A stretch of 34,870 nucleotides of DNA from Bacteroidales bacterium (GTDB lineage: Bacteria; Bacteroidota; Bacteroidia; Bacteroidales; CAIWKO01): contig DAOORA010000007.1 in NCBI GenBank assembly GCA_035389045.1, positions 62,001-96,870 of the forward strand, in the 5' to 3' direction. Below, piece after piece: positions 1 through 8,394 of the stretch. Made by a program: the position numbers and the translations under genes. Within the stretch, counting starts at the first letter, position 1; each line of letters begins with the position of its first letter. Below the pieces are notes generated by a model. The model did no database searches. It was given only the letters and a program-made list of their open reading frames with translations, and was not told the origin of the DNA.

Positions 1-114
1 TGCATAACTTCCGCAGCAACCGCTTAAAAAGCAGGCAGGACCGCAGGCACCACCGAAACAACTTAACAGCACTGCTCCTAAGCTTGAAAGTACTGAAATA
101 ATTTTTGCTTTCAT
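1..114 (-). CDS. Partial (runs off window) Cys-rich membrane protein, possibly MerT/MerC-like metal-binding transporter N-terminus; absent from the ORF track
   Basis: ATG at 114-112 overlaps the arsC TGA (ATGA coupling). Reads MKAKIISVLSSLGAVLLSCFGGACGPACFLSGCCGSYA with no stop: a hydrophobic segment with 5 Cys including a CC pair. Confidence 0.75.
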   Translation of the reverse strand, partial: MKAKIISVLSSLGAVLLSCFGGACGPACFLSGCCGSYA

Positions 115-524
115 TTAATGTTATTATAAAATGACGTTAGTTTTTCTTTTATCTCATCCCGTATCCGCCGGTAAACAGGCATTACTTCTTCTTTAGTTCC
201 TTTGGCAGCGGCAGGATCATCAAATCCGATATGAAGGCGATGAGTTACTTTCCCTGTGAATATAGGGCAAACTGCTTTAGCGCCATCGCAAACAGTAATC
301 ACATAATCAAAAGTATCGTTTAGAAAAATATCCACTTGTTTGGGATATTGAGTACTTATATCAGTACCAATTTCTGCCATTGCTTTTACTGCATAAGGAT
401 TTACTTTCTGTTCAGCTTTGGTACCTGCCGAAAATACCTCCAGGTTTTGGTCAATTGACTTTAAAAACCCTTCAGCCATCTGGCTTCTGCAAGTGTTCCC
501 TGTGCAAATTATCAAAATTTTCAT
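111..524 (-). CDS. arsC: Arsenate reductase ArsC, LMW-PTP (thioredoxin-coupled) family
   Basis: P-loop CTGNTCRSQMAEG, resolving Cys pair TVCDGAKAVCP, DDP motif. Start moved to MKILII (524) to avoid overlap with the upstream gene. Confidence 0.92.
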   Translation of the reverse strand: MKILIICTGNTCRSQMAEGFLKSIDQNLEVFSAGTKAEQKVNPYAVKAMAEIGTDISTQYPKQVDIFLNDTFDYVITVCDGAKAVCPIFTGKVTHRLHIGFDDPAAAKGTKEEVMPVYRRIRDEIKEKLTSFYNNIK

Positions 525-531
525 AATGAAG

Positions 532-954
532 TTATTTTGTTCTCGGTTTGAGCTGGCATACACACGAACCATCCAGCTTTTCCTTTGGGTTTATTAATAA
601 TGGTAATCCGTCCCGTTCCCATTCAACTAAGCCGCCTGCCAGATTTGCAATGTTTTTAAAATTTTTTCCGGCAAGAAATATCATAGCTTCCTTGCTTCTA
701 AGCCCGGCAGAATCAGCAATAATTACGGGTTTGTCGCCTGGTAATTCACTGAACTTTTCTGTAATCAGGCTAATGGGTAAGAAAATTGTTTTAGGCACGT
801 CAAACTGTTTGTATCCTGTTAGTTCTTCTTCCCTCACATCAACAAGAATAGCATTATTTTGAGTTTCGTAATAGGCTTCTTTTGGAGTAAGGTTTAAAAA
901 ACCGGCAGATTGAAACCCTGAAGATGCAAAAAATAATTTATTATTGCTATTCAT
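532..954 (-). CDS. Rhodanese-like domain protein with the catalytic Cys replaced by Asp and a C-terminal CxC
   Basis: ILVDVRE, IIADSAGLRS (normally C-x-x-G-x-R-S), NLAGGLVEW...GLP, tail GSCVCQL. Confidence 0.85.
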   Translation of the reverse strand: MNSNNKLFFASSGFQSAGFLNLTPKEAYYETQNNAILVDVREEELTGYKQFDVPKTIFLPISLITEKFSELPGDKPVIIADSAGLRSKEAMIFLAGKNFKNIANLAGGLVEWERDGLPLLINPKEKLDGSCVCQLKPRTK

Positions 955-1015
955 TTAATACCCGAAATTAGGTTAAAAGCGAAATTATTAAATTTTGACA
1001 TACTCCAAGTTAGAT

Positions 1016-1414
1016 TTATTCAATAACATTACCTTTAATAGATAGAGTTACTGTTCCTGTTTCGGCATTCGATATTACAGTAATAGTTTTACTTATAATG
1101 CCGACTCTTTTCGTGTCATAAACCACTTTTATCACTCCGCTTTGACCAGGTATAATCGGGTCTTTGGGCCAGGTAGGGACAGTACACCCGCATGATGATT
1201 TTACATTGCTCAATATCAATGGTTCTTTACCTGTGTTTTTAAAAGTAAATTCACAAGTCCCGTCAGAACCCTGTTTTATAGTACCATAATCATGTACTAA
1301 TTTATCAAACGAAATAACAGGAGAATTTGTCTGAGGTTTATCTGCTTGTCCTTTAGCAACCATAATTGAAGCAAAAAAGAACAAACATAAAGTTAATAGT
1401 TTTGTAGTTTTCAT
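1016..1414 (-). CDS. DUF1573 family exported Ig-like protein
   Basis: Signal peptide; HDYGTI...FTFKNTGKEPL.L..VKSSCGCT...PI.PG signature. Confidence 0.88.
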   Translation of the reverse strand: MKTTKLLTLCLFFFASIMVAKGQADKPQTNSPVISFDKLVHDYGTIKQGSDGTCEFTFKNTGKEPLILSNVKSSCGCTVPTWPKDPIIPGQSGVIKVVYDTKRVGIISKTITVISNAETGTVTLSIKGNVIE

Positions 1415-1431
1415 GATAATTTTATTAAAAA

Positions 1432-2148
1432 TTAATTTACCAAATTTAATTGTGACATTTCGATTTTGGGATTATGGTGAAGTGTTTCAATTTTACCATC
1501 TATCAGGTGTATTTTCATTGTGCCGTATTCGGCTGCCTGAGGACTGTGCGTAACCATGACAATGGTCATTCCTTTTTCCCTGTTGATCTTTTTCAGTAAA
1601 TTCAGAATTTCAGATGAAAGGGAAGGATCAAGATTTCCGGTTGGTTCATCGGCTAAAATTAAGTCGGGTTCATTTATTAAAGCCCTTGCAATAGCTACCC
1701 TTTGTTGCTGACCGGCTGAAAGCTCTCTGGGATAATGTTTCTTCCTGTCTTCGAGACACACCAACTCCATTAATGCATTTGCTTTTTTTATTTTGTCCTT
1801 TTTTGAAAATTTTGAAATTGCCAAAGGAAGCATCACGTTTTCTAAAGCCGTAAGATATGGGATCAGGGCAAAACTTTGCATGACAAATCCCACATGGTTT
1901 TTTCTGAAGTCTGACAGGTGCCTGTCATTTGCATTATCAATGCGAAAATCATTGAAATAAATTTCTCCTGAAGTAGTTTTGATCAATCCCGCCAAAGAAA
2001 GCAGGAGCGTAGTTTTGCCCGAACCCGATGGCCCGGTAATAGTAACAAAGTCTCCTTTTTTTACTTCAAAACTGATATTATCCAGAGCATGAACACCTCT
2101 GCCTGCTTTTTGATATTGTTTATTTAGGTTGTTTACTTTTAATATCAT
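1432..2148 (-). CDS. ABC transporter ATP-binding protein, LolD/MacB-type
   Basis: Walker A GPSGSGKT, signature LSAGQQQRVAIARAL, Walker B LILADEPTGNLD, VTH switch. Confidence 0.95.
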   Translation of the reverse strand: MILKVNNLNKQYQKAGRGVHALDNISFEVKKGDFVTITGPSGSGKTTLLLSLAGLIKTTSGEIYFNDFRIDNANDRHLSDFRKNHVGFVMQSFALIPYLTALENVMLPLAISKFSKKDKIKKANALMELVCLEDRKKHYPRELSAGQQQRVAIARALINEPDLILADEPTGNLDPSLSSEILNLLKKINREKGMTIVMVTHSPQAAEYGTMKIHLIDGKIETLHHNPKIEMSQLNLVN

Positions 2149-2150
2149 AA

Positions 2151-3371
2151 TTAGCCCTCCTGCATATTTGAAAATGGTTCAATTCTTCCGGCAAGATATG
2201 AGGGTATCATAGCACCTAATAAAGAAACGCCGATGGATATTGCCAGTGAAACTCCGATCAGGCTTGCTATAGGTTTTACAGGCAATCCGGCCAGTTCAGG
2301 GCCCAGCCACATCCCGGCTAAAGTACCGAGAATATAACCAACGATTCCGCCGATAATTCCTAACACTAATGCTTTCGACAGCATCATCCGGTAAATCACT
2401 GTTTTGTTAAATCCTACCATGCGTAACATCCCGATTTCCTTACGGCGTTCGTTGATGTTGGCCCACATGAAATTGCCAATGGATATACCGCCGACAAAGA
2501 TGATGATGATCAAAAATATCATGGAAACCTTGTTCATCATTTTGTTGGTTTCTATTTGTGTGGATACGATCTGGCCGATGGTTGTTATTCTTGTATCCGG
2601 CAGCACATTGCGCAGTTTACCAAGAAGCCCGTCGGATATTGCATTACAGCAACCCATTATTTCGATGGCGCTTACCTGTGCGGGAATTTTAAACAATTCC
2701 TGGGCTTTATGCAGATGGATGAAGATTCTGTCATCATCAACGGTACCTGTTTCATTTAACACCCTGGCTACTTTGAATTTTTCACCTAATATGTCAAGGT
2801 TGCCGCCCTCACTAACTTTTAGTTTAGAAGCCGCGGCATAACCAACCAGACATTCATCGCCACCTAATGAATCAATAACTTTTCGCTGCAATTTTTCATC
2901 AGCGTAACCGCTGCTTTGATTTGCAGTATTAGTGGGTGCGCAGCTTGCTTTTAAATCATTTCCCAATAAGCCGGATTGCTGCCACATGGGTTTTGAGGTG
3001 ATCTCGTTTTTCGGTAGAATACCCGTGAGTACAACGGTTTCATTTCCAATTTTTGTTCTTCGTGTTAATTTTGGAGATAAATTATCCACACCCTGGAGAT
3101 TGGAAGCAACAATTCTGTCAACATACTCTTCGGGAATGGTTGGTGCATCGATGTCAGCAGCATAATAATTGTCAACATTGGAAGCCTGTGGTAACACAAG
3201 AATATTGGCGCCAAGGTTATCCAGGTTCACTGCGACTGCTTTCTCCGAAACAACAGAAATTGATCTGATACCTACAATAACTGTAATCCCAAGTACTATT
3301 GCAAGCAGCCCTGAAACCAACTGCGACTTGTGTTGTTTGAACTCAAGCCAGACAAGTTTTCTAATATTCAT
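2151..3371 (-). CDS. ABC transporter permease, MacB/FtsX family
   Basis: N-terminal TM, large periplasmic domain (LGANILV), ERRKEIGMLRMVG motif, three C-terminal TMs; periplasmic Cys including MGCCN. Confidence 0.92.
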   Translation of the reverse strand: MNIRKLVWLEFKQHKSQLVSGLLAIVLGITVIVGIRSISVVSEKAVAVNLDNLGANILVLPQASNVDNYYAADIDAPTIPEEYVDRIVASNLQGVDNLSPKLTRRTKIGNETVVLTGILPKNEITSKPMWQQSGLLGNDLKASCAPTNTANQSSGYADEKLQRKVIDSLGGDECLVGYAAASKLKVSEGGNLDILGEKFKVARVLNETGTVDDDRIFIHLHKAQELFKIPAQVSAIEIMGCCNAISDGLLGKLRNVLPDTRITTIGQIVSTQIETNKMMNKVSMIFLIIIIFVGGISIGNFMWANINERRKEIGMLRMVGFNKTVIYRMMLSKALVLGIIGGIVGYILGTLAGMWLGPELAGLPVKPIASLIGVSLAISIGVSLLGAMIPSYLAGRIEPFSNMQEG

Positions 3372-3383
3372 AACAATATTTTT

Positions 3384-4202
3384 TTATTTTTTCGGGCCAC
3401 ATCCGCTGGTGCTGCCTCCCGGACAACAACCGCCTGTTTTAATAACTTTATTTGCCGAGGCCATCAGCGCTGTTTCTAATACAATACCTTCATATTTATC
3501 GGTTACCTGTCCCGATGCATTTGCAACAACAGTAATAGTCTTATCATTAATGGCGGTAATTCCTATCTGTTTCAAAAAAGCAGCTTCTTTGGTATCATTA
3601 AAATCAAAATCCACAACACTTGGTTTATTGGGCATCTTGGCACTTGTTGATTTACAATTTGCCAGCACCGTAGTTTTATCTGTCAATCCTTTTTTTGATA
3701 CAACAATGAACACAGGCCTTTTTTCAGATACTGCCAATAAAACTTCTTCTTTCTTTGGGCTTGGAATTGCTTGTACAAGCATGTCTGAAGTCGCCTGTAG
3801 TGCCGGATATCCCGCTACTGCAATACCCTTTGGAGAAAGCACAAGGATAAAAGGGAGTTGCACAAACCCAATTCCAAATTTTGTAACTAAATCGCTGTTG
3901 GCAGCATCATCTTTATTCATTTGCATCACTTCGGATTTTGTATATTTTGCTTTAGCGCCGTTGGCAATCACAAGGGCCTTATCAACACCGCTTGCCCCTG
4001 TTCCGGATATGACCATAAAAACCGCCTTACCTTCCTTTTTGGCTTTTTCTAATTGTTCTTTTATGGAAAGCACAGGAACAACTGTTTTGTGATTATTTTC
4101 TTTAGCCCATGTCTTTGAATGAACATTTAGTGTAAATACAGCAACAAGAAATATTGTAATATAAACACTTATTTGACCTGCATTGATTTTAAATTTTTTC
4201 AT
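3384..4202 (-). CDS. Exported protein with two CxxC-less thioredoxin-like domains and a C-terminal GGCCPGGSTSGCG tail
   Basis: N-terminal signal/TM; internal repeat (AKKEGKAVFMVIS / AVSEKRPVFIVVS) resembling Trx-fold starts; paralog of 4271..5092. Confidence 0.7.
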   Translation of the reverse strand: MKKFKINAGQISVYITIFLVAVFTLNVHSKTWAKENNHKTVVPVLSIKEQLEKAKKEGKAVFMVISGTGASGVDKALVIANGAKAKYTKSEVMQMNKDDAANSDLVTKFGIGFVQLPFILVLSPKGIAVAGYPALQATSDMLVQAIPSPKKEEVLLAVSEKRPVFIVVSKKGLTDKTTVLANCKSTSAKMPNKPSVVDFDFNDTKEAAFLKQIGITAINDKTITVVANASGQVTDKYEGIVLETALMASANKVIKTGGCCPGGSTSGCGPKK

Positions 4203-4270
4203 GGTTTTAGTTTTTTTGTTTTTTAGTGTGAATTTATTTTAATGAATTCTGAATATTTATACAATCGGAA

Positions 4271-5092
4271 TCAACCGCAACCTTTGCTGCTTCCACCCGG
4301 GCAGCAACCGCCACTTTGTTGCACTTTGTTTGCCGCAGCATTAAGTTGGTTCGTTGTGGGCATACCCGGGAACGTACCGGTTATCTGTCCTGCCGCATTT
4401 GCCACAGCCGTTATTGTTGTGCCATTAATAGAAGTTATCCCTATTTGCCCTAAAAAAGCTTTCTCATTCTGGTCATCAAAATCAATCTCAACTATGGCGG
4501 GTTTCATATTGTTTTTATTACTTGCATTTTTGCATACTGCGAGAATATTTTCTTTATCTGTATAATTCTTTTTTGAGACAACTATAAATACAGGTCTCTT
4601 TTCACTAAGAGCCATATAAACTTCATCTTGTTTGGGTGAAGGAATGGATTTTATTATCTGTTCCGCAGTCATTTGGGTTGGTGTTCCACCAGCAACAGCG
4701 ATGCCCTTTGAAGAAATCACTAAAATAAAAGGTACAGGAATAGTTGCAATACCAAATCTGTTTACAAGTTCGTTGTTTGCTGAATTGTCCTTGTCCAATG
4801 AATAAACCAGTGATTTGCTTAAATTCCTGTTAGCGTCAGTTACATTTTTAATGGCCTCGTTAATACCTGTAGCACCTGTACCTGTTATAACAAGAAAGAT
4901 AGGTTTTCCATCATTTTTTGCTTTTTCCAAAACATCATTTGAAAGACTTGCAGGTAGCTCAAAATTCAGTTTATCATCTGTGCCATTGCCTTCATTCCCA
5001 TCTTCGCTGTTTTCACTATTCAATTTTGGATTTCCACAGGATACAAGGGCAAATAATAACAAGTAAAGAGGGATATGTTTGATATTTTTCAT
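4271..5092 (-). CDS. Lipoprotein with two CxxC-less thioredoxin-like domains and a C-terminal GGCCPGGSSKGCG tail
   Basis: Lipobox LVSC; shares KGIAVAG, IPSPK, SEKRPVFIVVSKK, EKAFL.QIGIT and VANA.GQ.T blocks with 3384..4202. Confidence 0.72.
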   Translation of the reverse strand: MKNIKHIPLYLLLFALVSCGNPKLNSENSEDGNEGNGTDDKLNFELPASLSNDVLEKAKNDGKPIFLVITGTGATGINEAIKNVTDANRNLSKSLVYSLDKDNSANNELVNRFGIATIPVPFILVISSKGIAVAGGTPTQMTAEQIIKSIPSPKQDEVYMALSEKRPVFIVVSKKNYTDKENILAVCKNASNKNNMKPAIVEIDFDDQNEKAFLGQIGITSINGTTITAVANAAGQITGTFPGMPTTNQLNAAANKVQQSGGCCPGGSSKGCG

Positions 5093-5122
5093 TTTGATTA
5101 TATTTTATTAATTTGTATAATT

Positions 5123-5458
5123 TCAATCGCATTGACACATAAATGAACTTATAGTGCTGTCAAAAAAACTATTGAAGGTTTGTTTCATTTCTGCAAGTTT
5201 TTTCATATCCAGACAGTAATGGATTTTTAAACCGTCAATAGTACCCTGTATGATTCCCATTTCTTTGAGGTCTTTCAGGTGTTGGGATACTGTTGGCCGG
5301 CTGATTGGCAAAAAATCAGAAATATTACCCGTCCTGATTTCATTTTTCTCCGCCAACAATTGAATGATAGCAATCCTTGCCGGATGCGAAAGGATTTTTC
5401 CGAACAAGGCAATGTTTTGCTGATCCTGGCTGAATTCGTCAAATTTATTGTTATTCAT
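5123..5458 (-). CDS. arsR: ArsR/SmtB family repressor with C-terminal CQC
   Basis: LSHPARIAII, wHTH ISRPTVSQHLKDLK.MGII.G, HYCL. Confidence 0.9.
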   Translation of the reverse strand: MNNNKFDEFSQDQQNIALFGKILSHPARIAIIQLLAEKNEIRTGNISDFLPISRPTVSQHLKDLKEMGIIQGTIDGLKIHYCLDMKKLAEMKQTFNSFFDSTISSFMCQCD

Positions 5459-5470
5459 TATTTATATGTT

Positions 5471-5509
5471 TAATGTTGCAAACATACGACATTAATTTTT
5501 AATGACAAA
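5471..5509 (-). promoter_or_regulatory. Bacteroidota sigma70 promoter with overlapping putative ArsR operator
   Basis: Minus-strand TTTG (5509-5506), 19-nt spacer, TATGTTTG (5486-5479). The -7 box is bracketed by the inverted repeat TAATGTTG / CGACATTA (5471-5494). Confidence 0.8.
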
Positions 5510-5539
5510 AATTTTTTTATCTAAAAAATATATAAATTG

Positions 5540-6496
5540 CTAACTATTTGATTTGCATAAAGAAAAACTTTTTCTCAGTCCGACTTGTACTGAAAATGTA
5601 TTTGTAAGCTGGCAACCGTTCACATACTTGTAAAGTGGGATATCAGCCATAGCAAAAAGTCCCCATTTATATTTAAAATCGTAGATTAGTTGCGGGTTAA
5701 TATACAGTACATAACTGCCGGTGGATTCTATCTTTAAATTGTTTTCCCTTTTGTCCCTACCTCTAAATTCAAATTTTGCATTGGCTATAAAATCAAATTT
5801 TTTGGTTATTGCACATGTGCCGGCAAATGCAAATTGAAAATAATTGCCGTACCTGTATATTAAATAACCTTTTTTAATGGTTTGGCTTATTTCAAAAAGA
5901 GCAAAAGTGTTCCACCCGAATCTTCTGTCAGGACGTTTGCGCATATAGAAAGCACTTGCATTATACTTTAAAGAACCCGATGATGGTTGTAATGAGATGG
6001 GAATGGTAACCCCGTTGATTTGTTCGTTAAATGCTCCCACGGGTATTTTGATTCCGGCAGATATTACTAATTGGGATATTGGTTTGACTGTTCTGAATGG
6101 AATGTATTTGATATTGAATGCCAGGTCTCCCAAGCCATGTGCCCTTATCAGTTCGCTTTCATTATTGATGGTCAGCTTCTGGGTTTTATCTATAAAATAC
6201 CCCAGTTCTGCATTTGCAGATAGTTTGGACAATATTCCGTAGGTTAGTGAAAGTGAGCCGTAATCAAAATAACTTTTGTCTACATATTGCAGGTCTGTTT
6301 TAATGTCATGGTAAAAATAATTTTTGGATAGGCTGTATTTATAGGATGCCGAGATTCTTAATTCCTTTTTGTCCGCACCTATATTTGAGCCATCACCACC
6401 GATAGGATTTCCGGCTGTGCAGCATTGCCCGTAAGCGATATTGTTTACGGATAATGCTAAAATGTAAAAAAGGACAATAATTCTCCTCAAGATCAT
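5540..6496 (-). CDS. Putative outer-membrane beta-barrel ('transporter'/MetA-pathway-like) with N-terminal CC
   Basis: Signal peptide ending AYG, mature QCCTAGNP; GLGDL..., GIKIPVG and LQPSSGS motifs; alternating beta-strand pattern ending FSVQVGLRKSF. Confidence 0.7.
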   Translation of the reverse strand: MILRRIIVLFYILALSVNNIAYGQCCTAGNPIGGDGSNIGADKKELRISASYKYSLSKNYFYHDIKTDLQYVDKSYFDYGSLSLTYGILSKLSANAELGYFIDKTQKLTINNESELIRAHGLGDLAFNIKYIPFRTVKPISQLVISAGIKIPVGAFNEQINGVTIPISLQPSSGSLKYNASAFYMRKRPDRRFGWNTFALFEISQTIKKGYLIYRYGNYFQFAFAGTCAITKKFDFIANAKFEFRGRDKRENNLKIESTGSYVLYINPQLIYDFKYKWGLFAMADIPLYKYVNGCQLTNTFSVQVGLRKSFSLCKSNS

Positions 6497-6906
6497 GGAT
6501 TTACTCTTATCATGATCGTATCGGATACAGTACCGTATTCATTGTTAACTTTACATTCAACAGTATTAAGTCCAACACATGATTCACATGCCCAGTACAT
6601 AACAGTTACAGAATCTCTACCGGTCATACTTCCATGGTTTGCACTCCATTGAAATGACAGATTCTGTCCTCTTGCATAAGCTGTAATATAAATTGCTTCC
6701 CATGTAGCAATGTTCTTTTTTGTAGAAACCAAACTATCTAATGCCAAATTATCAGATGTGTCGGTTAAGGGCGGCTCCCTATCTTTTTTGCATGATTCAA
6801 TAGGTATTAATAAAGAAAGGTATATTACAAAAAGCACAAAATTTTTTGCTGACCGTTGCCATTTATTTTGCATATTATATAAGTTTTCAGTGTTATTTAT
6901 TTTCAT
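6493..6906 (-). CDS. Lipoprotein with Ig/PKD-like domain and CxxC
   Basis: Lipobox IESC followed by KKDRE; LSFQWSANHG and WACESCVG; stop overlaps the next ATG. True start may be 6873. Confidence 0.7.
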   Translation of the reverse strand: MKINNTENLYNMQNKWQRSAKNFVLFVIYLSLLIPIESCKKDREPPLTDTSDNLALDSLVSTKKNIATWEAIYITAYARGQNLSFQWSANHGSMTGRDSVTVMYWACESCVGLNTVECKVNNEYGTVSDTIMIRVNP

Positions 6907-6975
6907 TTTAAAACATTTTGGGATGTGACGGTTTATTTATTTTACAAGTATTATGGCTTTTTATGTATTAAGCTG

Positions 6976-7740
6976 CTATTTAATTTCAGACACGCCAAAT
7001 TTAAGAAATTCATTTTCAAGTTCATTAAATGAAAAATATCCTATGTGCCTAAAACATTCCTTTCCGGTTTTATCAAGTAGTATTTGTACAGGAATTAGCT
7101 GAATGCCGAAATGTTTGGCTGTTTTTTTGTTTTCTTTCATCCGGACATCATAGAAAACGACATTAACACTTCCTTTATATTTTTCTTTTATTTCCTTCAT
7201 AACTTTTTCCATTTTATTACACTCTATGCAGCCTTTAGATCCAAATTCGAGAAAAGTAATTTGATAGGTTGACATTTTCCTTGTGTAATTGTACAACAGG
7301 TTTAAACTGTCTGCAATGCTTAATGGCGCTATGGAAGATTCGGATAAAAGATCCTTGTCTTTGTGCCCGGTTTTATTTTTAGTTAAAAATACAATTGCAA
7401 GTAAAACAGAAATAAAAATGATCAAAAATAAAATTGTGAACAGATGGCGTTTATTCAGGTTCTTTTTTAAAGGGATCGTCAGCTTTTCGCTATCTGCCAG
7501 AAATTCATTTAATAACTTAATAATTTCAGTTTCAGCCGGAACAATTCCTCTTGAAACAACTTTGCCATTTATAACTATTGCAGGAACAGAACAAATTCCA
7601 TAAGAGATAAGCCGACCGGTATCCGTAATTTTTTCGACACTGGCATCCAAGGCATTGTCCGACACAATTTTTTGTATACGATCAAGAAGTGCATTGCATT
7701 TAGAGCAATCCACACCTAATATGATGATGTTTAAATGCAT
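6976..7740 (-). CDS. Fusion: MTH895/ArsE-like redox-active disulfide domain + TM helix + thioredoxin domain
   Basis: IIILGVDCSKC...VPAIVINGKVVSRG; TM HLFTILFLIIFISVLLAIVFL; LEFGSKGCIEC...IPVQILLDKTGKE.FRH.G. Confidence 0.85.
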   Translation of the reverse strand: MHLNIIILGVDCSKCNALLDRIQKIVSDNALDASVEKITDTGRLISYGICSVPAIVINGKVVSRGIVPAETEIIKLLNEFLADSEKLTIPLKKNLNKRHLFTILFLIIFISVLLAIVFLTKNKTGHKDKDLLSESSIAPLSIADSLNLLYNYTRKMSTYQITFLEFGSKGCIECNKMEKVMKEIKEKYKGSVNVVFYDVRMKENKKTAKHFGIQLIPVQILLDKTGKECFRHIGYFSFNELENEFLKFGVSEIK

Positions 7741-7746
7741 ATCATT

Positions 7747-8118
7747 TTAAACAAAGGTTTTTGCCATTTCATATACATCGTTTATCACATCATCATTTAC
7801 GGTTGTTTCTCCTTTTTTATACCTCAGATCTGTTACCCTCATATATTGGTAATTAGTAAACCCGTTCTTGTCCATGATTCGTTTACCGCAATCTATCGGA
7901 CAACCGTCAATAACAAGGATGTTTTTAGTCTTGAAATTCTCAATTGATTTTTCAATACCAGCGCCTATAACAGCAAGGCAATTCATTTTTCGTACCTTAT
8001 TGTCACGAAGTTTTCGGGCAACCAAATCGGTTATCTGTCCGACATCTGAAGAACCGGAACAGGCTAAAACCATATGTTCGCCACTTCCGCATAGGCAACC
8101 GTCTATTATTTCTTCCAT
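7747..8118 (-). CDS. DGC domain (putative zinc-binding) protein
   Basis: ACSGSSDVGQ, MNCLA and IDGCPIDCG motifs. Confidence 0.88.
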   Translation of the reverse strand: MEEIIDGCLCGSGEHMVLACSGSSDVGQITDLVARKLRDNKVRKMNCLAVIGAGIEKSIENFKTKNILVIDGCPIDCGKRIMDKNGFTNYQYMRVTDLRYKKGETTVNDDVINDVYEMAKTFV

Positions 8119-8159
8119 TTTATATAATTAAAAATGAATAATTAAAAAGAAAATGTCTG

Positions 8160-8390
8160 CTATAGGGTTGATTTTAAGAGTTTCTCAACTTGATCATAAA
8201 TATCATTTATTGGCCTTTGTTTTATCATTTTGCCAAGTTCAATGGCTTCTGCTGCTTGTTCTTTCGTGCAACCAATTTCAATGGCTTTTTTATAATGATA
8301 ATCGAGACAGGGGCGGCAGCCACCCGCTATGGATGCTGCAATACCTGCTAATTCAATAGTTTCTGCATCAAGATGTTTGAATGGTTCCAT
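8160..8390 (-). CDS. Carboxymuconolactone decarboxylase/AhpD-like protein
   Basis: ELAGIAASIAGGCRPCLDYH..KA...G.T.E. Confidence 0.85.
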   Translation of the reverse strand: MEPFKHLDAETIELAGIAASIAGGCRPCLDYHYKKAIEIGCTKEQAAEAIELGKMIKQRPINDIYDQVEKLLKSTL

Positions 8391-8394
8391 GTGT

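Noticed and set aside
3169..4092. 307-aa plus-strand ORF, and other antisense or alternate-frame ORFs (e.g. 14647..15165, 29103..29765, 33414..34058)
   Set aside because: Shadows of well-supported genes with no recognisable motifs.
4271..4273. TGA after GCG as possible Sec codon in the Cys-tailed lipoprotein
   Set aside because: The paralog has Pro at this position and ends three residues later; the downstream AT-rich sequence shows no SECIS-like hairpin.
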